Of a stretch of DNA of 39,098 nucleotides, positions 13,932 through 28,900 are shown piece after piece. The DNA is from a virus. Taxonomy: Duplodnaviria; Caudoviricetes. The position numbers and the translations under genes are program-made. Below the pieces are notes generated by a model, which made no database searches, was not told where the DNA came from, and was given only the letters and a program-made list of their open reading frames with translations. Position 1 is the first letter of the stretch. Each line of letters begins with the position of its first letter. Where the stretch lies: the IMG/VR virus record IMGVR_UViG_3300020379_000927, positions 1 to 39,098 of that record; one strand, 5' to 3'.

Positions 13932-16900
13932 ATGAGCATAGGTATTGATAAAAGAGTCCAGATCAACAAAATAGTTGAGAGTCAGTTACCTGAGTTTGTA
14001 AGGTCGGATTTTCCAACTACAATTGAATTTTTTAAACAATATTACCTTTCTCAGGAATTTCAAGGTGGTTCAACCGATCTAATTACCAATTTAGATCAAT
14101 ATTTAAAGGTTGATAACCTAGTTCCTGAAGTTGTTCATGGAACTACGACTCTTATTGCACCTATTACTAATTCAGATGGAATAATTAGTGTTGCATCAAC
14201 TAAAGGTTTTCCTGACACTTATGGTCTTTTAAAGATTGGTAATGAAATAATCACTTATACTAGTAAAGGTGATTTTGAATTTTTTGGTTGTATACGTGGA
14301 TTTAGTGGAGTAAGTGGGTTTGATGTTGGTATATCAACATCTTTAGATAATGTCAATAAAGAAGGTTTAGTATTTGAGTCTACAAAGGCAGAATCTCATG
14401 CTAATGGTGCAACAGTCACCAATTTAAGTGTATTATTCATACAAGAATTTTATAAAACTCTAAAGAAAACATTTTTACCTGGTTTAGAGGATAATGATTT
14501 TACAAAAGATCTTGATGTTGGTAACTTCATTAAAAATGCAAGAAGTTTCTATCAATCAAAAGGTATTGAAGAATCTATAAAAATTCTATTGAGAGTTTTA
14601 TATGGTGAAGAATCTATAGTATTAGACTTAGAAGAGCGTTTACTTAAGCCTTCTAGTGCAGAATTTTTAAGAAGAGAAGTTATAATTGTTGATAAAATTA
14701 GTGGTGATCCTCAAAAATTAGTTGGTCAAACTATTTTTAAATCAAATGATTTGGGAACAAATGCTTCTGTATCTGAAGTTGAGATATTAACTAGAAATGA
14801 AAAGGTTTATTATAAGATTTCTTTATTTGTTGGATACTCTGATAGAGATTTAATTGAGGGAATATTCACTATTCCTGGTAGAACTAAAGTATTAGAACCA
14901 GTTTCAATTGGTTCTTCAGTTGTTTCTGTAGATTCTACTGTTGGATTTGCCCAAACTGGTTATGTTTTATGTGGAATTAACTCAATTACATATAGTTCAA
15001 AGACAGTTAATCAATTCTTTGGTTGCACTAATATAATAGAAAATATTGATATTGGTTCTGATCTTAGAGCAGATGAAACAATTTATGGATATGAAGATGG
15101 AGATTTAACTAAGAGGGTTGATTTAAGAATAACTGGTGTAATATCTGATTTTAAAACCGTTTCTGATATTTCTTTAGTATCTGAAGGAGAAAGAATATTT
15201 GTTAAAAATGTAGGTGAATCTATACCAAATCCAGTTTCAGATAAAACTTATAAGGAAATATTTGCTAATTCATGGATATACAATACCAGTAGCAGATATC
15301 AAGTACTTGATATTTCTGGTTCTACTATTTCTTTAGGTAGTTCAATTGATAAGTCTAGTTTGAAACTTGGAGATACTATTGAGATTTTATTACGTAATTC
15401 CAATACAGTTGCAGTTTCATTAGCAGAAATTACTGATATTAATGATTCAAATAATCAAATAGTAGTTTCTGGATTATCTGGATTTACTCCTACTCTTGGT
15501 TTATATTATGATATTCGTAGAAAATTAAATAAAGCAACAAGTAATGGTATAGAAATATTAGAGGGTAATTCAAATATTATCTCTGATGTATTGAATGTAT
15601 ATACTGATGATGACAAAGAGGCGTATGTTGCAACCAACTCTCTACCCAGTTACACAATACCTTCTGAAGTTAAAGTATCCATATTTGAAAATACAGGTGC
15701 TTCTGCTAATTTTGATGGGTATGATGCAGACACTCAAGATTATGATATTATAAAAGGTAGTTCATCTTTTGGTCAAAGTGAGTTAATTACTGGAGATTCA
15801 GTAGTTTATACTTCAAGTGCTCCATTAACAGTTGGGGATCAAAAACTTGTATCTGGAGACGTATATTATGTTGAGGTAGTAAATAATATTCCTGCTAAGA
15901 TTAGGATATATCGTTCACGGGCAATGATCGGTAATGGTGCAGATGCCATTAGATTTAAAGCAGAAGGTGATGCAATAACTGCTACTCATACTTTTACTAA
16001 AGAATTAGAATATAATAAGAAGTTATCTGCAAATAAAATATTAAAAACATTCCCATTAGGTCAAGATTTATTTGTTTCTGGGAAAAGAGAAACACCAGTT
16101 AATGATATTGGTATGTTGATTGATGGTGTTCAAATAAGAACTCCAATTTCAAATGATTACATTTATTATGGTCCTATTGATTCTGTAGATGTATATAATG
16201 GTGGAGAAGATTATGATGTAATCAATCCACCAAGGTTGGTTGTAGATAATAGTTTAGGTGCAGGTACAACCGCTTTAGTTGAACCTGTTATAACAGGAAC
16301 AGTTAAACAAGTATTTGTTGATCCACATGATTTTGATATTCTTGATGTTAAGGCACTATCTTTAACTGGTGGTAATGGTACTGGTTGTGTTTTGGAACCA
16401 GTTATTTCACAAAGATATAGAGAATTATTGTTTGATAGTAGAGATATTTTCTTCTCTGGTGGATTATCAATTGCAGATGAAACAATTACCTTTAAGACCA
16501 AGCATTTCTTAGATAATGGTGATCTCATTTACTATAATAGTAATGGAAATCCAGCTATTGGTGTAGGTTTATTTGGTGATGTTTCAAACACTGCTAGTGG
16601 AAGATTAGCTACTGGTGCTGGATATAATATTAGAGTAGTTAATTCAAGCACAATCCAATTACATACCTCATATGAGGATGCAATTGCTGGTATTAATACT
16701 ATTGGTATCTCAACAGCAACCAATGCTGCAGGTATTCATAAATTTAGAACGGGAACTAAGAAAACACTACAATCAGTTAAAGTTATAAATCCTGGTTTTG
16801 GATATCAATATAGAAAGTTACATGTTAAACCAGCAGATGTTTCTGTAGGATATGCAAAGATAAACTTTAAGGGTCATGGGTTTAACGATGGTGATCTTGT

Positions 16901-19900
16901 TGAATATGAAAATAGTGGAACTGGTTACTGGCAAACTTCTTTAGATTTTGTTTACAGTGTTGCTCCTGTAAACAGAGTAAGACTTAATGTTTCTACTGGG
17001 GTTTATACTTTCACAGTAAACTATATTGACGTAGGAACTAATACAACTGGAGAATCATTTATAGTTGGTAGTAAGAGATATACTATGGGTGCTTTGGCAG
17101 TTAATACTGGTCTTTCAAAGATATATGAGATAAAAGTAGAAGATTATCTGAACGCAAGTTCAATTGGTGGATTAGACCCAACACATTCTTATTATGTGTT
17201 AAAGGTTGATGATGATTCATTTAGATTAGCAGATGCTGGTTCTACAATAGGTGGAGCTTTAAATAGAACTAATTTTGAAAGGCGTGACTATGTTGCTTTT
17301 AACTCTCAGGGTGATGGATTTCAGACATTTAAGTTCCCAGATATTAAAGTAAATGCAGAAGTTTCATTTGGATCTACTGTTACTGGATCATTTAATTTCA
17401 CTCCAGTGGTTACAGGTGAAATTACAGATCTTTATCTTTATGAGAAAGGAACTAAGTATGGATCAGATATTCTAAATCTACAAAAGAATCCAAAGATTAC
17501 AATTGAGAATGGTAAGAATGCTTTAGTAAGTGGATCTATAGTTGGTGGAAAAATAGTTGATGTTGCAGTATTAAACAGAGGAAAGGAATATTATTCTCTT
17601 CCAGATGTTTCAGTACAAGCAACTGGTATAACAACTACAAATTTAATTGGAAATGGTGCTGTTCTTCGACCAATAATTGTTGAAGGGAGATTAACAGATG
17701 TTTTAGTAATTAATCCTGGTATTGGATATACTGGCAGTAAAGTTACATTTACAGTTACTCCTAGAGGAAAAAATGCAAAATTTGAACCTAGAGTAAGAAA
17801 ATTAACTCTTGACAATATTTACAGACAAGGTAATTACAGTTTAAATTCTGAAGGTGAAGATAGTTTACACTTAAGTGTTCATGGATATACTTCAAATATT
17901 AGAGATTCATTTAATGATGATGGAACAAAACATTCACCAATAATTGGATGGGCTTATGATGGAAATCCAATTTATGGACCATATGGTTATAGTGATGTTT
18001 CTAAATTGGGACCTACTGTTGGAATTGTAACTTCTGGTTATGTTTTAGATTCCACTAAAGTTCTTGATCGTCCATCAACAAGTGTGTTCCCTGAAGGATT
18101 TTTTGTTGATGATTGGCATTATGATGGATCAGGTACTCTTGATGAGCATAATGGTAGGTTCTGTAAAACTGATGAATTTCCAAATGGAATTTATGCATAC
18201 TTTGCTAGTTTACAACCTAGTCAACAATCGAATATATTAACACCAAGTTTCCCTTACTTTATAGGTAAAACCTTTAGATCACCTTTCATATCAACTAATA
18301 CTACATTAACTCAAGAATTTGATTTTAATTCTTCTAACTTAGCTAGAAATACTTTCCCATATAAAGTTGGTGATGAATTAGCGGATAATGATTTTATTGT
18401 AGAATCTAACGAATTTTTAAGGCAATTAACAACCGTTGAGTCTGTAACTACAGGCGTTATCGATAGTTTATCTGTTTTAGATGGTGGAGATGGATATAAA
18501 GTTGGAGATTTTACAAATTTTGATGATTCTGGAACTAATGGATCTGGTCTTAGAGGACAAGTTAAGACAATAGTAGGTATTGGTATTTCAAGTATTGATA
18601 CTGAATTGATCAGATATGAAAATGCAGTATTAACATGGAAGTCTTCTTCTCAAGTTGTAGCAAGATTTTCACCATTCTTTGAATTGGGTGATGGTGATGC
18701 AGTTTCTATTTCAGGTTTAAGTAGTTCTATAGTTAATCTTACAGATTCATTTAAGATAGGAATTACTACAGATATTATTGGTCTTGCTCAATCTATGACC
18801 TATCAACCACTTGTTACTGGTAGAATTGATGACATTTATGTAAATACTATTCCAAAAACAGTTTCAATAGGTTCATCTATAAAAATTAATGATGATGAGA
18901 TTGTTAAAGTTCTCAATATCTATGATGTAGGATCAATATTGAGAGTTAAGAGGTATGGTGTAGGTATAGCACATACTTATGGATCGAAATTAGATGTTTT
19001 AAACAACGATATAACAATACCAGTTAAAACTGAGAAGTTTATTTCCACAAATGATGATTTTATTTACTTTAATGCTCATCAATCTGTTGGTGTTGGTGTT
19101 ACTGAAGGTGGTGGTATAAGTGTTAATTATACTGTTGGAGAAACTACAAAAGAAGTTTCTATTCCAACAAGATCAATATATCTACCAAATCATCCATTTA
19201 GTAATGGTCAGGAATTAACATTCACTAAGAGAGGAACTTCAACATCATTAATTGTTGGAATTGGTACTACAGCCAATAATTTATTCAACCTCCCTGATGT
19301 AACAACAGACACTTTTACAGTGTATGCAATTAATAAAGGGCAAAATTATATTGGTCTTGTAACTGAAAGAACATCAATTGGTAGCACAAGTGAAGGATTA
19401 TACTTCCATAGTAATGGATCTGATGATTCTGAATATCTTTTAAAATCAAATCATGCTCAAGTTATTGGTGATATTGATAGAATTACTGCAACAGTAACTA
19501 CAGACATAGGAGCAGCAACCACTAGCACTCATGGTTTGAGTAATTTTGATGTTGTTAATCTAAATGTGATTCCAAATACAGTTGTTGGAGTTGGTAGTAC
19601 AGCACCATTAAGTTTAACATTCAACAACGAATTCCAAAAATTATTAGTTAATAAAATTGGATTCAGCTCTACTGGATTTGATGCTTGGAATTCTAAGATT
19701 ACTATTCCTGATCATGGGTATAAAACTGGTGATAGAGTTTTTTATGAAACTAATCAAGCACCTAGTGGATTAACTGATCCTTGTTATTATGTTTATGAAG
19801 TAAGTTCAAATGAAATACACTTAGGAGAAACTCTAAAAGATGTACAAAGTAAGCCGCCAAGAGTAGTTGGTTTCTCAACCTTTGATGGTGCTGGAACAGA

Positions 19901-22900
19901 CCATAGTTTATCTTTAATTAATCCACAATTAAAGGTATCTAAGAACTCAAAACTATCATTTAACGTTTCTGATACTTCTTTAACAGGATATGCTTTAAAA
20001 TTCTTCTACGATAAAGAATTTAAAAATGAATTTATAAGTTCTCAAGATAGTAGCAACTTTAATATTTCTGGTGTAGGAACTGTAGGAGTTGGTACAACGT
20101 CAACCGTATCCATTGCATTTTCAAAAACAACACCAACTCAATTGTATTATGCAGTAGAAAAGGGTGGATATATTAGTACTGCTGATCCACTAGTTGCAAA
20201 TTATTCCGAAATTAAATTTGTAGATAGTGCTTATAGTGGTGAATATAAGATCTTTGGTATAACTTCAGATACTTATAAAGTTTCCCCAACAAAAATACCA
20301 GAACTTCTTTCATATCAAGCAGATCAGTGCGAAATAATAGAATATTCAACGCAATCTAAAACTGTTTCTGGTGCTATTAAGGATATAAAAGTAATATCTA
20401 AGGGGCAAAATTATAAAAAGATTCCAAAATTTGAAAATGTTGTTAGTTTAAATGGAAAGAATGCGAATATAGTAGCACTTTCAACATCAATTGCTAGAAT
20501 CAAGGATGTAAGAATACTTGATATTGGATATGAATATCCATCAGATAAAACCTTAAGTCCAGAAGCATTTGTTTCTCCAGTAATTAGAATTGATGATGTA
20601 GATTCTATTAAAGGTATTAATGTAATAGATGGTGGTAATCAATATCTTTCTGCACCTGATGTTGTGGTGTATGATCCACAAAGTGATATTGTTGTAGATG
20701 AAACATCATTAACAGCAAGTACCCCTCATCAATCAATATCTGAAATTAATATTGTTGCTCCTATTCAAGGATTAAAATCAGTAAATCATAGAATTGTTAC
20801 TATTAACAACTCTAATGGTGTTGGAATTAGTTCTATGACTGGTGGTGGATCTGGAATAGTTACTTGTATTCTAGAAACTCCAATAAATGGATTTGTAAAC
20901 CCACCATTTGCAACTGGAGATGAGATTTTTGTAGAGGGTGTTGAATTATTTGGTGAAGCAGGTATTGGAACACAAACCAATACAAATTCTTCTGGTATTG
21001 CTACAGGTGGTGATGGATATAACTCAGCAAATTATCAATATAGATTCTTTAAAGTTGATGATTATACAAATTCAAATCCTGCTGTTCTAAAGTATAGCGT
21101 TGCTGGATTAACAACTAATCCTGGTATTGCTAAGACTTATCAATCTGGTTATGCAAATATTATTAATAGAAAGAATTATCCTGTATTTGAAGTTATTCAA
21201 GAAAGAGGATTATTACTAGTTAACGAAAGTGTTCTTGTTGAAGAGGGTAATACTTTTATTGAAAGGGGATTGGTTATAGTAGAATCTAGAGAAGATTTTA
21301 TAAAAATTGATGGTAATTATGAACTTAAAATAGGAGACAGAATAAAGGGTTCTAATACCAATATTAGTGCAACTGTAACCAATATTGTTGGTAATAGGGC
21401 AAAATTTGTAGTAGACTATTCTAATCGTCAGGACTATGGTTGGAGTGATAATATTGGAAAATTAAATGAAGATTTCCAAGTTATTCCAAATAATGATTAT
21501 TATCAAAATTTATCATATTCTATTAAGAGTCCAGTTCCTTGGGATACTTTAGTCAATCCTGTTAATAGATTAGTTCATCCAGCAGGACTTAAGAATTTTA
21601 CTGATGTTGGAATAACATCTGCTGTTAATGTTGGTATTGGTACAACTATTCAGGCAACACCTGTGATAGTTGTTGATCTTATGAATGATAAGAGAGTTGA
21701 TACAATCAATAACTTTGATTTTGGAAGAGATTATGATGCTAGACCTGAATTAAATCCAATAAAATCAAAATTTGCAACATTCCAGAATACAAAATTAACT
21801 GATTTTACTAAGTGTAAGTCAAATAGAGTTTTAATTCATGATGATATTAGTGGAAAATTCTCAAGTAAGGGATTCCAAGATGTATTTACTGAATTAGAAG
21901 AAGTAGATGGTAACTTTACGAAATATGTGGTACAAATAACAGATGCAGACACTCTTGATATACAGTTATCAGAATTAGCAGTATTAACAACCACAAATAA
22001 TGCAATTTTGGTTGAGAAATACTCAGATTTCACTAATATGAGGTTGGGTAATTTTGAAGCAACATCTGATGCATTCCAAAGAAAGTCATTAAACTTCTTA
22101 CCTACTGAGAAGTATGATAGAGATCATGATATTAAGATTCTTAAAACAGAGTTTATTACTAATGCAGTTAAAAATGAATCAACCTCAATAGGACAGATTG
22201 ATTTAACTGGTGTAAATGTCAAAGTTGCAATCGCACAGACAGATACTAATAATAATATTAGTGGATTTACAACAACAACTATAGCACAATTCTCAGATTC
22301 AGACTTTAACGGATTCTTTGCTGATGTATTGGTTCAGGATGATATCACTAAAGAGATCAACTATGGTGAAATAATAGTAGACTTTGATGGAACAAATATC
22401 TTCTATGCAGAAACTTATGTAGATACATTAAACATTTCATATAGTGCATCTCAAGTTGGTGTTTTAACTGCAAGATATGATTCGGGTTCAATTTACTTTG
22501 AATGTGAAAATAGTACAAAGAGAGCAATCAACGTAAGTGCAAATATTGTTGGTTTGGGTGCAACAATTGATAATAATGGACCTATCGGAGTAGGAACATA
22601 TAGATATGCAGTTCCTGGACAACCTGTAGGTGCTGAGAGAAGTGCTAGATTAGAATCAACTTATCATACAGGTACTTCAACACCAATATTAGTTTCTAGA
22701 ATTGATAAGAGAATTGATAGTTCAATTAAATCTCTTGTAAGAGTTAGTAGCAATACTGAATCTGCTATACATCAAACAGTTGTTATGCAAGATGATGGTA
22801 CTGCAACTACTATACAATATCCATTCACAGGACAATCTAATAGTGGATTAGGTACGATTGGAGCAGTTACATCAGGAAATAATATTGATATTAACTTCTA

Positions 22901-25900
22901 TCCAGATCCCTCACAAACAGATTTAATTGAAGTTCAAGCATATAGTGAAGTATTCAATACAATAAATGATTTCCAAAATACTCCATCTTCTTTACTTATT
23001 GGACCTACAGAGAAGAGTCTACTATTATCTGCATATGATGGTGTAAATGGAACCAGAGCAAATAAAGTTAATTTTGATTTAAAGCACGAAGAAGTACCAA
23101 TTTACACTAAGATATTCAATCCTGCTGATACAACTCAATTGAATAAAGTGACTGGTGAATTTACAATACCAAATCATTTTTATAACAATAATGAACAATT
23201 AACATATACTCCAGGATCAACATTTGTAGGGGTTGGATCTACTGCAGTATCGATAGGATCTACTACTAATACTTCTGGTATTACAACTGATATTTTACCA
23301 GAAACTGTATTTGTTAAAGTTACTGATGAAAATAAATTTAAATTATTCAGTAGAAAAGAATATATTTCATCTGGTATTGCAATAACATTTACTGGGATTG
23401 GTGAGGGTAATGCCCATAAACTTGATATGACTAAGAAACTATCCAAAACAGTTATTGGTTTGGATGGAATTGTACAACAACCAATTACATTTACTTCAAT
23501 TGAGCACACTCTCGATAGTGCTATTGGTGCTGGAACATCACAATTTGTTCTTAGTGGAATTAGTTCTGTTCAACCAAGAGATGTATTGAAGGTTGGACCT
23601 GAGTATATGAAGATTGAACAGGTAGGATTCTCAAGTTTACCTGAAGGAACTATTAATGATTCTACTGACGTTGCCCTTGGTATTTGTACTCTACCTGTTG
23701 TGAGAGTTAATAGAGGATCTTTAGGTATAGCAGCAACAACACATACTGATGGAGCACTTGCTAGAGTGCATAGAGGATCATTTAATATTATTGATAGTAC
23801 TGTATGGTTCTTGGATCCTCCAAAAGGTAATACAAGAACAAGAAGAAATGATACAAATTTACCATATGTAAGATCTGAATTTAGTGGTAGAACCTTCTTA
23901 AGAAGTAATTACAATACCAATATGGTATTTGATGATGTTTCTGATGTGTTTACTGGAATAGGCAAAACCTATACTATGACAGTTGGTGGTGCTAATACAG
24001 AAACTGGGGTTGGTATTGGAAATGGTATCTTATTCATTAATGGTATATTCCAAACACCATTAACACTCAATAATGCAGGTAATAACTATGAAATAGAATC
24101 TGATTCTGTTGCAGGTATTTCTAGTGTTGTATTTACTGGAATTAGTTCAGAAAATGGAACATTTATGCAATCCGATTTTGATATTAATCAAAATCAACTT
24201 CCAAGAGGTGGTCTGATTGTTTCTATGGGATCCACACCTGGACTTGGATATGCTCCACTAGTAGGTGCTAATGTTAAACCAAACCTAAAAGATAATATTA
24301 ATTTATATGCTGCAGGTTCTATTGATAAGATTACTGGAATTGGTGCTTCATCTAAGTATCAACTTGGTATTCAGACTGCTGCTTATGATAATACTACTGG
24401 AATTATAACAGTTACAACTAATACTGTTCATGGATTTGCTTTAGGGTATCCAAATACAGTTCAATTACAAAATTTAGAATTTAAGTGTCCAACTGATGTT
24501 GTTGGACCAGTTGTTACAGGTTCAACAGCATATAATGCATCTACTGGAGATTTAACCTTACAGATTAATAATCACGGTCTTTCTAATGGAGATGCAATCA
24601 AATTTAAGACTGATTCATTAACATTCACCTGTGCTCAAGATCCTTCATCTCCTAAAACCTATCCTCGTGCTACTGATCCTGCTCATGATACGTACCTATA
24701 CATCTCTGACGTAACGACAAATACATTTAAGGTAAATGTATTAAGAGGAACATTACCAACCTATACAGGTGCTCACACGTTCGTTTCAGCAACATCTGAC
24801 GCAGTAGAAACTATAGGTGGTGGTGGATATGTGGGAGTTACTACATCAATATTCCAAGATCATGATGGTGCATTACCTCTAGTTGGAATTATATCAGAGA
24901 GAACTTTTGAAGTTCAAGTTGGTTTAACTTCTATTAGGCACATCTATCATGGCGGTGGAAGTGTATATGAATACTATAATGATTTAACATTTGGTTCTGG
25001 ATATAGAAATCCAGTTTCTATCGGAGTTACTGATATACAGTTTGAACATAAATTTGTTTCTTCAAATACAAATTCAATTACTGCTAATACTGGTACACAG
25101 TATACTCCAGAAACAGTTGATTATATTTCATCTACTGGTGAATTAATATTAACTTTAGGAGATAATCACGGATTAACTGCTGCAAATGTAGTAGAGATTG
25201 CTAATGCAACATATAATCCAACTAGCGGTGCGATGACAATTACCGCAGGTGTATTGACTAACGGTCATGGATTCTCTGATGGTGATTACGTTAAGATAAA
25301 GGATAATTCAATCACATTTACTTGTAGTATGGATGGTAATGCTACTAATCATACTTACCCTAGACCATCTGATCCAATAAGTGGTAAGTGGGTAACTATT
25401 TCAAATGTAACACAGTTTACTTTTGATATTAATGTTGGAGCATCTTCAGAAGTAACATTTACTCCAACATTTGCAGAATATGATCCTACAACAGGATTGA
25501 TGGAAATAACGATTGGTACTCATACATTAAAACCAGGAACTAGTATCAAACTTGATCAAGAATCAATTAAATTTACTTGTGATGTTGATAATAACCAAGC
25601 TGAGAAGGCATATCCTAGAGCATCTGATCCGTTCTATGATACTGCAATTAAGATTGAGTCTGTTACTGATAACACAATCACAATTCAAACTTTGACTACA
25701 GTACCATCAACAAATACTGCAAGGCATACATTTAGTAGTGCAAATGCTAACGCAGTAAAAACTGGTGGAAATTACACTCACGCATATGTTCCTGGACAAG
25801 CTGCAGCACTTACTGCAATTACAAGAGCATCAAATACACTTACTGTTGGAACAGGATCTCTAAACTTTACTTGTTCTAGAGATGATCATGATAGTATTCA

Positions 25901-28900
25901 TTCATATCCTCGTTCTACAGATCCTGCTGCAGGACAAACATTAGGAATAGAAGGTGTTACAAATAACACTGTTACCATTAATGTTGGATCTGGTGGTGGA
26001 GGAGGAACTGGTGCTATTATTAGCACTAAAGTTGCAACAAATAAGCATAAGTTTGTAAATTCTATTGGAACTCATATCTTTAAAGGTACTAAGAAGTGGG
26101 ATGCTATCACTATTGGTACTACAAAGAAATCTGTTTCTGATGCTACCTATGATCCAGAAACAGGAGTATTAGAATTAACAATAGGATCTCATAGTTATAC
26201 TACTAGCGATACACTAACAATTGCACCTAAAGCACTTATCTTTACTTGTGATGCTGATGATCACGCAACATTACATTCTTACCCAAGAACATCTGATCCA
26301 GCATATAATACAACATTACCAATTACTGCTATAACTGGAACTACAGTAACTGTTAATGTTGGTGCTCCACATCAAAAAGATGGTGTTACCGTTTCATATG
26401 GAACGACAACAGCAAGTAGTGCAAATTATGATCCAGCAACTGGTGAATTGGTTATTATTAGTAATAATCATGGAGTTAGTGGTGCTTCCACCATAACACC
26501 AACAAATGCATCTTATGTTAAGAATACTGGAAATCTAACTCTAACTAAAGCAGGACACGGATATGCTATTGGAGATAAGATTCTAATTGAAGATTATGGA
26601 TTAACATTCACTTGTACAAAGGATAACAATCAAACAGAACACAGATATCCAAGACCAACTGATTATGCAAGTGGAAAGTGGCTTGAAATCTATGCATCAA
26701 CAACTAACACATTTAAGGTTAATGTAAATCCAAGTCCATCTGCATCTCAATTTACACATACATTTGTACCTGCTAAGACTGTATCTGGATGTATTCAAAA
26801 ATCAAATGCTAATGTTGGAATTGTAACAGGATCTTTATCATTCAAGTGTGCTCAAGATGCTTATCAAACAGTTCATCAGTATCCACGTATAACTGATCCA
26901 GCATATAATACAGATTTACCTGTAGGTAAAGTAACAATAAACACTATGAGATTACAGGTAGGTAAGTCTCCTGCAGGAACTGGTGGTGCTTTAGACTTTA
27001 CTATTAATAATCGAGGAGCAAAATATGTAAATCCTACTATAGTAACCCCAGAACCAATTTATGAAAATATGCCAATTGTTGGTATTTCTAGATTGGGTGT
27101 TGGTAAAACGGAAGATACTGGTAAGAATTTACTATTAAATCTTAATGTTGGAGCAGCAACAACTAATGTTGGAATTGCTAGAAGTATGTTTGAGATTTCA
27201 GAGTTTGATATTGCTAGAGCTGGATATTCATTCTCTGTTGGTGATAAGTTTAAACCACAAGGATTGGTTGTTGATAAGAGATTACAAAAACCATTACAAG
27301 AGTTTGAACTTGAAGTTGTTTCAACATTTAATGATTTCTTCGCTGCTTGGCAATTTGGTGAATTAGATTTCATAGATGATATTTCACCTATGCAAACTGG
27401 TAATAGAACAAGGTTCCCATTATTCAGAAATGGTCAACTATTAAGTTTTGAAGTGGATGAAGAATCTGCATTAGGAGAATCAATAGATTTAAATGCGGTT
27501 CTAGTAATATTTGTGAATGGTGTTATGCAAACGCCCAATGTTGCATATCAGTTCTCTGGTGGAACTACATTTACATTTACAGAAGCACCATCAGAAAAAG
27601 ATAAGGTTGATGTATTCTTCTATAAGGGAGAAGATGGTGTTGACGTTGAGATAGTTAATATTAACGAAACTATCAAAATTGGTGATGATATTCATATCAC
27701 TAGAAATCCAGCGTTCACGGATACTATTGATCAAGAAACTGATAGAATTATTAAGGACATTCTAGGATCTGATCTTGTTGAAACAACACTTTATAGGGGA
27801 GTTGGTATAAATGAATCTACCTTTAAACCTCTTGATTGGACAAAACAAAAAGAAGATAAGATTATTAAGGGAGAATTAATTTCTAAAGCAAGAGAAATTA
27901 TTGAACCACAAATTTACCCAACTGCAAAAGTTATTGGTGATGTTAATACTACTACAGGAAATTCAGGTATTGGTGGATTCTTTGTTGATGATGCAGAATC
28001 ATTCTTCTATGAAGATGATACTAACCCTGCATTAGATACTGCTGATAGGTATAATGTTAATATCACAGCAATAGATGCATTATTAATGTCATCTTCTAGT
28101 TCTGTAGCAGCAGCGATTACTGCAACTGTTTCATCTAAAGGTGATATTTCTGGATTAACTATTGTTGAATCTGGTAGTGGATATGTTGGATCTGCAGTTA
28201 CATTATCAATCGCAGCACCAATAGGAGTTGGTATTGGTACAACCGTTAAGAATGAATTTGCTCAAGTGGGAGTTTCTACATTTGCAGAAGCAACTGCTAA
28301 TATTGTAGATGGTAAAGTTGATTCTATAACAATAGACAATATTGGATTAGGATACACTCATACAAATCCACCACAAGTAATTATCAAGAAACCTCTATAT
28401 CAAACTGAGAAAATGACCTCATTTGATAATGTTGAAGGTTACACGGGTATTATTACTGGAATTTCTACGGCACAAGGTTCTGGTGGTGCAGGAACTAAAG
28501 CACTTAAGTTCTTCTTTACTTCACATAAATCAAATGCTAATAAGTTAGCAGTTGGATATCCTCTATTAATAAAAGATACCACAATAGGAAGTGGAGTTAC
28601 TTCTGTTGACGGGCATGATAATAGTGTAGTTGCTATCGGAACACATTTCTTAGATAACATCTACAAGGTTCATACATTTACCCAACTTAGCGATTTTAGA
28701 GCAGAAATTACTTGTGATATTTTAAGCACAACTAATACTACTGGGTTTGCTCAAACTGGTTACTATGATATAACTAATATTGGATTAACAACTTCTTTAG
28801 GAACTATATCTTGGGGTAGAATATATAATGGTACTAGATCAACTTCACCAATCTCAATTGGAGTTACTGGGTTGACAGTTGACTCTGGATTATCTACATA

